From Hydrogenophaga intermedia (GTDB lineage Bacteria > Pseudomonadota > Gammaproteobacteria > Ga0077536): a stretch of DNA of 64,000 nucleotides. Below, one piece after another: positions 43,902 through 53,657 of the stretch. The notes below the pieces were generated by a model, which was not told the DNA's origin, searched no databases, and worked only from the letters and a program-made list of their open reading frames with translations. The DNA is taken from the NCBI GenBank assembly GCA_943370145.1, contig CALRPY020000008.1, positions 24,328-88,327 of the forward strand, written 5' to 3'. The position numbers and the translations under genes were made by a program. Position 1 is the stretch's first letter; each line of letters starts with the position of its first letter.

Positions 43902-44525
43902 ATGACCGACGAAGTGCAGCCCGGCAGCAGGGCAGACAAGCTGGCACCGCTGTTCGAGAACAACCGCCGCTGGGCGGCCGACAAGCTGCGGCACGATGCG
44001 CGCTTCTTCAGTCGCCTGGCATCGCAGCAGGCGCCCATGTACCTGTGGATTGGGTGCTCCGACAGTCGCGTGCCGGCCAATGAAATCATTGGACTCGAGC
44101 CGGGCGAGGTGTTCGTGCATCGCAACGTCGCGAACCTGGTGCTGCATTCGGACATGAACTGCCTGTCGGTTCTGCAGTATGCGGTCGAGGTGCTGCAGGT
44201 CCGCCACATCATCGTCTGCGGGCATTATGGTTGCGGCGGTGTAAACACGGCGGTGGAGCCACGCTCGCGCGGCCTGATCTCCAACTGGCTGCGGCCAATT
44301 CGCGAACTGGCCGATCAGCGCGCGGCGGAACTTGGTTCACTCGACGGCGTGGCGCGTTCCGATCGCCTGTGCGAACTCAACGTGGTGAGGCAGGTCGAGA
44401 ACGTCGCGAACACCACTATCGTCCAGGATGCCTGGCATCACGGGCAGGCCTTGTCGGTCCACGGCCTGTGTTACGGCCTGGGAGATGGGCTTCTGCGGGA
44501 CCTTGGCGTCACGGTCTCGGGCTGA
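43902..44525 (+). CDS. can: Beta-class carbonic anhydrase
   Basis: 'LWIGCSDSRVPANEI', 'GEVFVHRNVANLV', 'HIIVCGHYGCGGV' give the Cys/Asp/Arg...His/Cys zinc-ligand pattern of beta-CAs. Confidence 0.9.
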   Translation: MTDEVQPGSRADKLAPLFENNRRWAADKLRHDARFFSRLASQQAPMYLWIGCSDSRVPANEIIGLEPGEVFVHRNVANLVLHSDMNCLSVLQYAVEVLQVRHIIVCGHYGCGGVNTAVEPRSRGLISNWLRPIRELADQRAAELGSLDGVARSDRLCELNVVRQVENVANTTIVQDAWHHGQALSVHGLCYGLGDGLLRDLGVTVSG

Positions 44526-44718
44526 GCCGCTTTTGCGCACACATGTAGTGCCACGACGTGGCGCGAGTAGCGCGGTTGTAGCCTGGCGAAATCCGGGATC
44601 TGCCCAGTCCCGCTGGAAGGCGAGGCGCGGGCGTCAGATTGGCAGTAGCCGGGGCAATTCCATAATCGATTCAGATTTGTTATTTGACATAATAAACATT
44701 ATGAACACAAAAGGGCGC

Positions 44719-45204
44719 TCACGTCGCCGAGGCCTGTGCCAGTGGCAATTCGGTCCTCGCGACCACGGGCTTCAGCGCGAAGCTCGTCTGGATGTTGTCG
44801 ATGCCCGGAATCCTCGTCAGCTTCTCGACCAGGAAACGCTCGTAGCTTTCGAGGTCCGGCATCACCACGCGCAGCAGATAATCCGAATTGCCCGTCATCA
44901 GGTAGCACTCCATGACTTCGGGGAACGAGCTCACGTGCTGCTGGAAGATTTCCAGCGCGCCGACTTCCTGGCTGCGCAGCGACACGTTGATGAAGGCGCT
45001 GATTGGCAGACCGACGGCTTTCGCGTCCACGATGCCCACATAGCGCTTGAGGATGCCGGCTTCCTCGAGCGCCCGGACGCGCCGCAGGCATGGCGACGGC
45101 GACAGCCCGACGCGCTCGGCGAGCTCGAGATTGGTCAGACGGCCGTCGTTCTGCAGGTGGTGGAGAATACGGTAATCGGTGCGGTCAAGACTGGTGTTGG
45201 GCAT
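44719..45204 (-). CDS. lrp: Lrp/AsnC-family transcriptional regulator
   Basis: 'LDRTDYRILHHLQNDGRLTNLELAERVGLSPSPCLRRVRALEEAGIL' HTH plus a RAM domain. Divergent from aceE. Confidence 0.85.
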   Translation of the reverse strand: MPNTSLDRTDYRILHHLQNDGRLTNLELAERVGLSPSPCLRRVRALEEAGILKRYVGIVDAKAVGLPISAFINVSLRSQEVGALEIFQQHVSSFPEVMECYLMTGNSDYLLRVVMPDLESYERFLVEKLTRIPGIDNIQTSFALKPVVARTELPLAQASAT

Positions 45205-45334
45205 AAATGGCTAGACCATGTTTCCTAAATCATTCATGTATGCCGCGTAGGCGTTCTTGAGCGAAATAATAGACCATTAATTGCCGAGGTCACTTCATAT
45301 ACTGCGTATCGACTCCAGAGACGGATACGCGCCC

Positions 45335-48016
45335 ATGAACGCCTCGCAGAACCTGGCCGAGCAGCTCGCGCTGCTGCTGAAAGAGAAACCCGACTGGGTC
45401 GATGCGCTGGACGACATCCACGCCGAGTTCGGTGCCTATGGCGTGCGCGAGGTCATTCGTTTCGTGCAGGAACGCGCCCTCGAGTTGGGCGTCCCGCTGA
45501 ACGATGCCGTGCTGAACACGCCCTACGTGAACACCATCCCGCCCCTCGAACAGCCTCCGTATCCGGGCGATCTCGAACTCGAGCGCAGGATTGAGAACAT
45601 CATCCGCTGGAATGCGATGGCGATGGTGCTGCAGGCCGCGGACAGCGGTGAGGGGGTTGGGGGCCATATCGCGACCTATGCCTCGGCGGCAACGATGCTG
45701 GAGGTGGGCTTCAACCATTTCCTGCGCGGGCGCGGCCCGGACTACGGCGGCGACCTCGTGATTCCGCAGCCGCACGCGGCGCCCGGCATCTATGCGCGGG
45801 CCTTCGTCGAGGGCCGCCTCGAGGAGACGCGGCTCCGCAATTTCCGCCGCCAGTTGCAACCGGGAGGCGGCCTGAGTTCCTACCCCCACCCGCGCCTGAT
45901 GCCCGACTTCTGGCAGATCCCCTGTGCGTCGATGGGACTGTCGACGCCCTCCGCGATCTACCAGGCGCGCTTTGCCAAGTACCTCGAGAACCGCGGGCTG
46001 AAGCCCCGCAACGGGGGGCGCGTGTGGTGTTTCATCGGCGACGGTGAAGCGGACGAGCCGGAAGTGCTCGGCACCGTCAGCATCGCCGCGCGCGAGCGCC
46101 TCGACAACCTGGTGCTCGTCGTCAACTGCAACCTCCAGCGTCTGGACGGGCCCGTGCGTGGCAACGGGAAGATCATGCAGGAACTCGAGCGGCGTTTCCG
46201 TGGCGCCGACTGGAACGTGATCAAGGTGATCTGGGGCAGCGGTTGGGACACCCTCCTCGCGCTCGACCATCACGGCGTGCTCCGCCGACGCATGGAGGAG
46301 GCGGTCGACGGCGATTACCAGTACTACTCGGTCCTGCCGGGCGACCGCCAACGCGAGCACTGGGTGGAGGACAACCCGGAACTCGCGCAGATGATGAATG
46401 CGCTCACCGATGACGAAATCCGCTCGATCAAGCGCGGCGGCCAGGATCCGAAGAAGGTCTACGCGGCCTTCGCGCGGGCGCTGCAATCGCAGGACAAGCC
46501 CACGGTGATTCTCGTCAAGACCGTCAAGGGCGACGGCATGGGCGGCGCGGTGCAGGGCCTGAATACCGTCCACCAGAAGAAGAACCTGAAGGCCGAGGAG
46601 CGGATCCGCTGCGGCCGCGATTATGGGATCCCGCTGTCCGACGAGCAGCTTGCGGCGGCGGCCTTCTACCGGCCGCCCGCGGACAGCGAGGAGGCGCGAT
46701 ATGTGGCCGCCCGCCGCGCTGCGCTGAACGGGCCGCTGCCGGTGCGCAAGGCCGACTGCCGGCCGCTGGCCGCGCCCACCGTCGAGCGCATCGCCGAATT
46801 CATGAAGGGCTCCGACGGGCGCGCCGTATCGACGACGACCGCGGCCGTGCGCCTGCTGGCGCGCCTGCTGCAGGACCCCGCGCTCGGGCCTTACATCGTG
46901 CCGATCGTGCCGGACGAAGCGCGCACCTTCGGCATGGACGCGTTGTTCAAGGTGGCCGGGATCTATGCGCCCGAAGGCCAGCATTACACGCCGGTGGATG
47001 CCGGCACCCTGCTCCCTTACAAGGAGTCCGCCGATGGCCAGATCCTGCAGGAGGGCATCTGCGAAACGGGCGCGATGGCGTCCTTCCTGGCCGCGGGCAC
47101 CGCGTATGCGATGCACGGCGTGCCGACGATCCCGTTCTATTTCTTCTACTCGATCTTCGGCTTCCAGCGCGTCGGCGACATGATCTGGGCCTGCGGCGAC
47201 AGCCTCTGCCGCGGCTTCCTGATGGGCGGCACCGCTGGACGCACCACGCTCAACGGCGAGGGTCTGCAGCATCAGGACGGCCATTCTCAACTCATCGCCC
47301 AGACCGTACCCAACCTCGTCAGCTATGACCCTGCCTTTGCCTATGAGCTCGCCCTGATCGTGCGCGACGGGATCCGGCGCATGTACGAGGTGCAGGAGGA
47401 CGTCTTCTATTACCTGACCGTCTACAACGAGAACTACCCGATGCCGCCGATACCGCCAGGTGTCGAGGAAGGCGTTCTGAAGGGGCTTTACTGTTTCCGC
47501 CGCGGCGCGCTACACGCGCCCTCCTCGCCGGTGGTCAACCTGCTGGCGAGCGGCAGCATCATGCAGCAGGCGCTTGCGGCGGCCACGTTGCTCGAATCAC
47601 GCGGTTACACGGTCAACGTGTGGAGCGTCACGAGTTTCAGCGAGCTCTATCGCGACGCGCTCGACTGCGAGCGCTGGAATCGGCTGCATCCGCTGGCGAC
47701 GCCGCGCCTGCCCTACGTGCAAAGCCTGCTCGGGCCTGAGCACGGTGTGTTCGTCGCGGTCTCGGATTACATGAAGGCGCTTGGCGATCTGCTGACGCGA
47801 TGGGTGCCCGGACCGTTCGTCGCGCTGGGGACTGACGGTTACGGTCTCAGCGAAGGGCGCGTCACGCTGCGCCGGCACTTCGAGATAGGACCGCCGGACA
47901 TCGCGTTGGCCGCGCTGGATCTGCTCCGACGGCAAGACCTCGTCACGGCCGAGGAAGTCGCATCGTTCATTGTCGACCACGATATCAATCCCGAGGCGCC
48001 TTCCCCTGCGCGCTGA
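45335..48016 (+). CDS. aceE: Pyruvate dehydrogenase E1 component, homodimeric AceE type
   Basis: About 890 aa. 'GGHIATYASAATMLEVGFNHF', 'GDGEADEPE', 'NCNLQRLDGPVRGNGKI' and 'VPDEARTFGM' are AceE-type ThDP-enzyme signatures. No E2/E3 genes follow. Start set at ATG 45335. Confidence 0.85.
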   Translation: MNASQNLAEQLALLLKEKPDWVDALDDIHAEFGAYGVREVIRFVQERALELGVPLNDAVLNTPYVNTIPPLEQPPYPGDLELERRIENIIRWNAMAMVLQAADSGEGVGGHIATYASAATMLEVGFNHFLRGRGPDYGGDLVIPQPHAAPGIYARAFVEGRLEETRLRNFRRQLQPGGGLSSYPHPRLMPDFWQIPCASMGLSTPSAIYQARFAKYLENRGLKPRNGGRVWCFIGDGEADEPEVLGTVSIAARERLDNLVLVVNCNLQRLDGPVRGNGKIMQELERRFRGADWNVIKVIWGSGWDTLLALDHHGVLRRRMEEAVDGDYQYYSVLPGDRQREHWVEDNPELAQMMNALTDDEIRSIKRGGQDPKKVYAAFARALQSQDKPTVILVKTVKGDGMGGAVQGLNTVHQKKNLKAEERIRCGRDYGIPLSDEQLAAAAFYRPPADSEEARYVAARRAALNGPLPVRKADCRPLAAPTVERIAEFMKGSDGRAVSTTTAAVRLLARLLQDPALGPYIVPIVPDEARTFGMDALFKVAGIYAPEGQHYTPVDAGTLLPYKESADGQILQEGICETGAMASFLAAGTAYAMHGVPTIPFYFFYSIFGFQRVGDMIWACGDSLCRGFLMGGTAGRTTLNGEGLQHQDGHSQLIAQTVPNLVSYDPAFAYELALIVRDGIRRMYEVQEDVFYYLTVYNENYPMPPIPPGVEEGVLKGLYCFRRGALHAPSSPVVNLLASGSIMQQALAAATLLESRGYTVNVWSVTSFSELYRDALDCERWNRLHPLATPRLPYVQSLLGPEHGVFVAVSDYMKALGDLLTRWVPGPFVALGTDGYGLSEGRVTLRRHFEIGPPDIALAALDLLRRQDLVTAEEVASFIVDHDINPEAPSPAR

Positions 48017-48056
48017 GTCCGGCCCGCCAAGCGCCACCCAGCGCGGCAGCACGCCT

Positions 48057-48086
48057 GCGCACGTTCAGTTGCGACTGAACGTGTGC
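48057..48086. terminator. Stable hairpin downstream of aceE (about 13-bp stem, 4-nt loop); no T-tract
   Basis: GCGCACGTTCAGT-TGCG-ACTGAACGTGTGC, 41 nt after the aceE stop. The missing U-run lowers confidence that it is an intrinsic terminator. Confidence 0.35.
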
Positions 48087-48392
48087 GAGAGGAATTCCCG
48101 CAGCATCCATCCCTGAATCACAGGCCGGAAGTCCCGGACGCTGCGCCTGGACCGGGACTGAAGGCCCGGAATCGAGTGCGCCTGTCGCCGCTCGACGACA
48201 GCCTTTCGCAGCGCTTGCCGCATTCGCTGGCCGTTGAGCCCGCCGTTTGCCGACAGGACGCGAAGCGCGAGGCCGGGCACGCTGTTTGCTCTCTCCTGAT
48301 GGCCTTAAAGTGCATTCTTCTCGGTAATTTAGGATTAATTCCTGAAACAGAGAGCGCTACCCAATCAACACGAGAACAGGAAACTCAACGCC

Positions 48393-49094
48393 ATGCTCAC
48401 CCGAATCCTGCAACGACTGACGCTTGCGTCATTGCTGACACTCAGTGCCGCGGCGGTACACGCCACACCCTGGGCATTCCCCGGGGAAATCAGCGTCGCC
48501 GGGGCCTACAACAGGCTCTACGACACGAACTACAGCGCCGACACGCGCGAAGGCCTGAGCGATCTCGTGGCGGACCGCCAGCTTGAGATGCGCAGCCTCT
48601 GGAGCACCGCCGACTTCCGCTTCCTCGAAATGCTCGTGTTCGACACGGCGTCGACGCGCGCTTTCGGGCTTGGGGTCAACGGCAGCTTCCTGGCGCTTTT
48701 CGACCCGGGCGCGTGGACCGCACCGAGCCGCGGCTGGTTGCCGGACGTGAAGCCCCTGTTCGTCGACCTGGTTGCGTTCCTCGCGGACGCGGGCTTCGAC
48801 CCGTTGACCCAATTCAGCTTCATGCAGGGGCCGGTGACCCTGAACGCGCACAATACCTACCGCCTGGCGACCCCGGTCGCGGGCGAATGGCTCTTCGCGT
48901 TCAACGACAACAATGGGCTGCTCGGTGGCGACCAGGATGCCAACGAGCCGCTGTTCTGCGTGTCCTCGCGCGGTGCGTGCACGGTGCCCGAACCCGGCAC
49001 GGTGCTGCTGATGCTGGCGGGCATGGCAGCGCTCGCGGGTTCGCGGGGGCGCCAGGCGTGGAAAACACGCCTGCTTCGTGCCCGCGCGGCCTGA
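48393..49094 (+). CDS. PEP-CTERM sorting-domain protein (canonical VPEP motif)
   Basis: Signal peptide (LASLLTLSAAAVHA). C-terminus 'CTVPEPGTVLLMLAGMAALAGSRGRQ' gives PEP motif (from 48984) + TM + basic cluster. The N-terminal domain is unassigned. Confidence 0.8.
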   Translation: MLTRILQRLTLASLLTLSAAAVHATPWAFPGEISVAGAYNRLYDTNYSADTREGLSDLVADRQLEMRSLWSTADFRFLEMLVFDTASTRAFGLGVNGSFLALFDPGAWTAPSRGWLPDVKPLFVDLVAFLADAGFDPLTQFSFMQGPVTLNAHNTYRLATPVAGEWLFAFNDNNGLLGGDQDANEPLFCVSSRGACTVPEPGTVLLMLAGMAALAGSRGRQAWKTRLLRARAA

Positions 49095-49203
49095 GCGGAC
49101 GGCCACCGCAGGGGGCGGCAGGTGTCGCCTTCGCGGTGAAGGCTACGCCTGACGGGAAGGTCGCAAGGAATCAGGCGCTTCGCGCCAGCCGGTCGACGTT
49201 CAA

Positions 49204-49644
49204 TCAGCCACGGCCCCAGCCGCGCACCCAGCGCGGCCGGATGCGAATGGCGTACTCGGTCGGGATCTGCGCGCGAAGTTTCTGCGCGACTTCGCCCGCC
49301 GGGTCCCGGATGTAGCGCGCGATCATTCGCTCGGTGACGCGTGCGCCGTCCGCCAGGTCCAGGGTCGCGTCGCCCTGCCCTCGCAACAGCTTGTAGCGGG
49401 CCCCGGTCAGCGCAATCTCGAACGCGCAGCGCGGGTTGGCCGCGAGATTCCGCCGCATCAGCGTGGACGCCTGCGTGATGCACCAGAAACTCTGGTCCTC
49501 GTACAGGAACCACAAGGTCGAGATCAGCGGATAGCCATTGGGCGACTGGGAGGCGAGGCGCACCGGGTGGTGGTGTTCGCGCAGCAGGGTCTCGATGTCA
49601 GTGGCCTGCAACGAGCGCAGGCGTTTTCCGTTTTGCGTACTCAT
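49204..49644 (-). CDS. Pyridoxamine 5'-phosphate oxidase-family (FMN-binding split-barrel) protein
   Basis: 'HHHPVRLASQSPNGYPLISTLWFLYEDQSFWCIT...RRNLAANPRCAFEI' resembles PNPOx-like/general-stress-protein-26-type proteins. Start taken at the second Met. Confidence 0.6.
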   Translation of the reverse strand: MSTQNGKRLRSLQATDIETLLREHHHPVRLASQSPNGYPLISTLWFLYEDQSFWCITQASTLMRRNLAANPRCAFEIALTGARYKLLRGQGDATLDLADGARVTERMIARYIRDPAGEVAQKLRAQIPTEYAIRIRPRWVRGWGRG

Positions 49645-49771
49645 TCCCCAGTGTAACCGCGACGCGCCCACAGGCTTCTACTTGGTGACCTGGCCCGGGA
49701 TAATCCAGCCAGCAGACGCTGCGCAAGGCATCCGGCCGGATGCCTCGTGACAGGGCCGCGGAGAGCTGGCG

Positions 49772-51100
49772 ATGACGGATGGCGTGCATCGGGACGAGAG
49801 CGGCGAGGCAACGGCCGTCGCGGGCAATGGCCTGCTCGATCGGCGCCTGTTCCTGTCGGGTGTGCTGAAGTTCAGCGCCATCTCGACCATTGCCCCGGCT
49901 GCGGCCGGGGCAATGCCTGAAGAGCCGTGGATGCACGAACCGGGTGCGGGCTTTTCGAATTACGGCGAACCGTCCGTGCATGAAAAGTCCGTCGTGCGCT
50001 GGATCTCGGCCACGGAGATGGCGCCGGGCAACGGCGTGTCCTGGTCCCCGCTGCACGAACTCGACGGCATCATCACGCCCAGCGGCCTGCACTTCGAGCG
50101 CCATCACAACGGGGTGCCGCAGATCGACCCCGCCCGGCACAGCCTGGTCGTCATGGGCCGCGTGGAGCGGCCGCTCGAATTCTCCGTCGATGCCCTGCTC
50201 CGCTATCCGCGTGTCACCCGGACCTGCGTGATCGAATGCGGCGGCAACAGCAATGCGGGCTGGCGGCAGAAGCCCATTCAGACCGCCGCGGGATATTTCC
50301 ACGGCCTCGTGTCCTGCAGCGAATGGACGGGTGTCCCGCTTGGCATGCTGCTCGACGAAGCGGGCATCGCGAAGGGCGCCCGCTGGCTGGTTGCCGAAGG
50401 CGCCGACGCCTTCGGCATGACGATAAGCCTGCCGCTGGAGAAGGCTCGGGACGACTGCCTGCTTGCGCTGTTCCAGAACGGCGAGCGCATACGGCCGGAA
50501 CAGGGCTACCCGGTGCGACTGCTCGTGCCCGGCTGGGAAGGCGTGGTCAACGTCAAATGGCTGCGCACGCTGACCGTCACCGACGAGCCCGTGATGGCAC
50601 GCAACGAGACCTCGCGCTACACCGAGCTGCAGCCGGACGGCAGCGCGCGCATGTTCACGTTCGTGATGGACGCGAAGTCGCTGATCACGCGTCCATCAGC
50701 CGGGATGCACCTCAACGGCCCCGGGTTCTACGAGCTGAGCGGACTTGCGTGGAGCGGTCGCGGCCGCATCGCACGGGTCGAGGTGTCGGCCGACGGCGGT
50801 GCGAGCTGGGCGGACGCGGCGTTGAACGAGCCCGTGCTGCCGCAGTGCTTCACGCGCTTTCGTCTGCCTTGGCGGTGGAACGGGGAGTCGTGCGTGCTGC
50901 AGAGCCGGGCCACCGACGAGACCGGTTACGTGCAGCCGACGCGCGCCGCCTTGCTCGCCGAGCGCGGTCGTCACGGGTATTTCCATTACAACGCGATCGT
51001 CAGCTGGCAGGTCGACACGGCGGGCGTGCTGACCCATGCCTATGTCGACGCCGCGGCTGCGAGTGCGCCCGAGGATCCCTTCGATGCGGACTGGAACTGA
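49772..51100 (+). CDS. Sulfite dehydrogenase/oxidase-family molybdopterin subunit (SorA/SoxC-like), Tat-exported
   Basis: Twin-arginine signal 'LLDRRLFLSGVL'. 'IECGGNSNAGW' (Mo-ligand Cys region), 'GYPVRLLVPGWEGVVNVKWL', and a Moco-dimerisation-type C-terminus. Confidence 0.8.
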   Translation: MTDGVHRDESGEATAVAGNGLLDRRLFLSGVLKFSAISTIAPAAAGAMPEEPWMHEPGAGFSNYGEPSVHEKSVVRWISATEMAPGNGVSWSPLHELDGIITPSGLHFERHHNGVPQIDPARHSLVVMGRVERPLEFSVDALLRYPRVTRTCVIECGGNSNAGWRQKPIQTAAGYFHGLVSCSEWTGVPLGMLLDEAGIAKGARWLVAEGADAFGMTISLPLEKARDDCLLALFQNGERIRPEQGYPVRLLVPGWEGVVNVKWLRTLTVTDEPVMARNETSRYTELQPDGSARMFTFVMDAKSLITRPSAGMHLNGPGFYELSGLAWSGRGRIARVEVSADGGASWADAALNEPVLPQCFTRFRLPWRWNGESCVLQSRATDETGYVQPTRAALLAERGRHGYFHYNAIVSWQVDTAGVLTHAYVDAAAASAPEDPFDADWN

Positions 51101-51611
51101 TGTCCGCGCACTCATTCTCGCGCTGTGCTGCGCTGGCGGTGTCGGCGCCACCGAGCTGCCACGCTTCGGCACGGCGGCTACCGAGCGCGCGCTTGCAGTC
51201 CGTGACGCGCTGATATTTCCCGACGGCCGGGGTCTCCCGCCCGGCAGCGGCACGGTCGCCGAGGGTCGCGCGCTGTTCGCGCGCCGGTGCGCCGCATGTC
51301 ACGGCGACGGTGGTCGCGGAGGGCCCGGAGGAGAGCTCGCCGGGGGGAATCCGGACCTCACCGCGCCGCAGCCGGATCGAACGATTGGCACGTACTGGCC
51401 CTATGCCACAAGCCTGTTCGATTTCATCCGCCGCGCGATGCCGCTCGATGCGCCGCGGTCGCTCACCGATAGCGAGGTGTATGCGCTGGTCGCCTACCTG
51501 CTCGAGCTCAACGGCATCGGGGGCGGCAAGCGACTCGACGCCGCCGCGCTGGCGGCGGTGAAGATGCCGAATCGCGATGGCTTCCGACGGATCGACGTGC
51601 CGACGGACTAG
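51084..51611 (+). CDS. Monohaem c-type cytochrome (SorB/SoxD-like partner)
   Basis: Overlaps the preceding gene by 17 nt. Signal peptide, 'CAACHG' haem-binding motif and distal 'MP' ligand region (RRAMPLDAP). Confidence 0.75.
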   Translation: MRTGTDVRALILALCCAGGVGATELPRFGTAATERALAVRDALIFPDGRGLPPGSGTVAEGRALFARRCAACHGDGGRGGPGGELAGGNPDLTAPQPDRTIGTYWPYATSLFDFIRRAMPLDAPRSLTDSEVYALVAYLLELNGIGGGKRLDAAALAAVKMPNRDGFRRIDVPTD

Positions 51612-51630
51612 GCCTCATGCGTGACGCGCC

Positions 51631-51996
51631 CTACTCCAGCGCGTCATTCCGCAACACGGGCCACAGGGCGCCACGGAGCAGGCCCTTCCAGATGTCCGAC
51701 CCCTGCGTGTGCAGGTCGACCTTCGATGCACCTTTGCGGAGGCAGCAGATGTTGTCGGTGACCTGCGGCGGGCGGGTGTCGTCCAGAGCGATATCGACGC
51801 GTGCGCGTCGCGCCAGCCGCGAAATTTCCTCGAAATCCGTTACCGCGCCGCAGCCAAGTTTCGAACGTCCGCCCGCCCCCAGCGCAACCCTGCGGGCCCC
51901 GTGCGGGGTGTATTCCGCACCGCTGGCTCGCGAGTTCGGAACGTCACGGGAGCGCGGCTTCGGGCCCGTGGCTGAAAATCTGTCACCAGCACTCAT
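51631..51996 (-). CDS. Possible small hypothetical protein (start uncertain)
   Basis: The C-terminal ~70 codons have strongly GC-biased third positions when read by eye (…KVDLHTQGSDIWKGLLRGALWPVLRNDALE*). The N-terminal part is less convincing. No family recognised. Confidence 0.3.
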   Translation of the reverse strand: MSAGDRFSATGPKPRSRDVPNSRASGAEYTPHGARRVALGAGGRSKLGCGAVTDFEEISRLARRARVDIALDDTRPPQVTDNICCLRKGASKVDLHTQGSDIWKGLLRGALWPVLRNDALE

Positions 51997-52064
51997 GCAA
52001 GACCCGGGTCAATTCAGCCCCCAACGACGGAGGGGACGCCGCCGGCCTTGTGTGTGTCCGTCAC

Positions 52065-53657
52065 TCAGCCCGGCCGAGGTTTGAACTGAAGCCAGTCGAC
52101 CCCGAGTTTGCGCATCCGCGCGCGCAGCGTATGTGGATTGATGGCCAACAGGCGTGCCGCGCCGTACGGCCCGTCGACGCGACCATTCGTGCGTGCCAAA
52201 GCGGCACAGATGTGCTGGCGCATTGCCTTGTCGAGCGTGGGAAGCGAATGCTCTTCCGGTTGGCGCTGCGCGTTCGCGGGAGCGCCGCCGCGTTCTTCGC
52301 CGCTGCCCGGGACAGGTCCGCTGCCCAGCGCCTTGGCGATTTCGAGGCACTTGCCTCCACCGAGGATGACGGCACGATCGATGACGGCCGCGAGTTCGCG
52401 CACGTTGCCGGGCCATGGATAGTGGCTGAGCAGGACAAGGTCTTGCGCGCCCGGCAGGCATAGCTTGAGACCGAAGCGCTTGGCGGCGCGCTCCGCAAAG
52501 TGGGAGGCAAGCTCGGCAATATCCTGCTGTCGCTCGCGGAGCGGCGGCAGCACTACCGGGAAAGTCGCAAGGCGGTACCACAAATCCTCCCGGAATCGAC
52601 CTGCCTGGATCATCGCCGGCAAATCCCGGTGGGTGGCAGCGATCACGCGCACATCCACCTGGAAATCCGCTTCGCCGCCCACGCGCTGCAGAATTCCGTC
52701 CTGCAGGATCCTGAGCAATCGCACTTGCGCGGCAAGCGGCAGTTCGCCCACCTCGTCCAGAAAGAGTGATCCTCCGTGCGCGCGCTCGAACCAGCCGCGG
52801 CGCTGGCCGGTTGCGCCGGTGAAGCTACCTTTCTCGTGACCGAACAATTCCGAGTCGATCAACTCCGGCGCGATGGCGCCGCAATTGACGCGGATGATCG
52901 GACCCTCGGCGCGAGAAGAACGCTGGTGTATTTCGCGCGCCAGCACTTCCTTGCCCGAGCCTGTCTCACCGAGGATGAGAATCGGCAGGTCTGAATCACA
53001 GACACGTTCGATGCGTTCGAACACCAGGCGCAAGCCGCCATCCGCGCCGATCACCGTGCCCCTGATGTCGCTGCGCCCCAGGCGCGCGAGCAGCCCCTCC
53101 TTCTCTGCTTCCGCGTTCTTGGCCTGCTCGCCGAGGGTCCGCAGGCGATGGTTGTTTTCCAGCGCCGTACCGAACGCGTCAAGTGCCTTTCCCAGTAATT
53201 GGCGTAATGGTTCATTCATGTCGGTGTCTCCGGCCATCTCGAATACCACCGCGCCGGTGATCCCGTGCGGGCTGCGCAGTCCGCCGACGAGCGAATTCGA
53301 CCGCAGTACTCCGAACGCCGAGGCAACGTCGGCTTCGCGGGAAGCGAGATCCTTGTCGCGCACCAGTGTGGCGGTCCCTGCCCAACGGATGAGTGCGGCC
53401 GCCCGCTCTGTCGTGCATCGGAATCGCTCGATCGCGAAAGTCAGTGAGCGGCCCGGCTGTGCCCTCGCGACCTTCGTCATGGTTCTGCCGTCCGCGTTCA
53501 GTTCGAAGATCGAGAGTTCCCTCAGCGGGAGCGATTTGGCCAGCAGCCCGGCGACGGTCTCGGCGAATGCCTGGATTTCGATGTGCCGGCACGCTTCCCG
53601 CCAGATTTGGTGCAGGAAGTCCCCTGCTTCGCCTGTTGTCATATCCAATGCTTCCAT
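52065..53657 (-). CDS. Sigma-54-dependent transcriptional activator (bEBP) with an N-terminal GAF-like sensor domain and a Fis-type HTH
   Basis: 'LGETGSGKEVLAREIH' Walker A, 'GSFTGA' (GAFTGA variant), 'GGSLFLDEVGEL', 'RVIAATHRDL', C-terminal 'AARLLAINPHTLRARMRKLGV'. No receiver-domain Asp pocket. Start set at Met 53657 (alternatives up to 53786). Confidence 0.85.
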   Translation of the reverse strand: MEALDMTTGEAGDFLHQIWREACRHIEIQAFAETVAGLLAKSLPLRELSIFELNADGRTMTKVARAQPGRSLTFAIERFRCTTERAAALIRWAGTATLVRDKDLASREADVASAFGVLRSNSLVGGLRSPHGITGAVVFEMAGDTDMNEPLRQLLGKALDAFGTALENNHRLRTLGEQAKNAEAEKEGLLARLGRSDIRGTVIGADGGLRLVFERIERVCDSDLPILILGETGSGKEVLAREIHQRSSRAEGPIIRVNCGAIAPELIDSELFGHEKGSFTGATGQRRGWFERAHGGSLFLDEVGELPLAAQVRLLRILQDGILQRVGGEADFQVDVRVIAATHRDLPAMIQAGRFREDLWYRLATFPVVLPPLRERQQDIAELASHFAERAAKRFGLKLCLPGAQDLVLLSHYPWPGNVRELAAVIDRAVILGGGKCLEIAKALGSGPVPGSGEERGGAPANAQRQPEEHSLPTLDKAMRQHICAALARTNGRVDGPYGAARLLAINPHTLRARMRKLGVDWLQFKPRPG

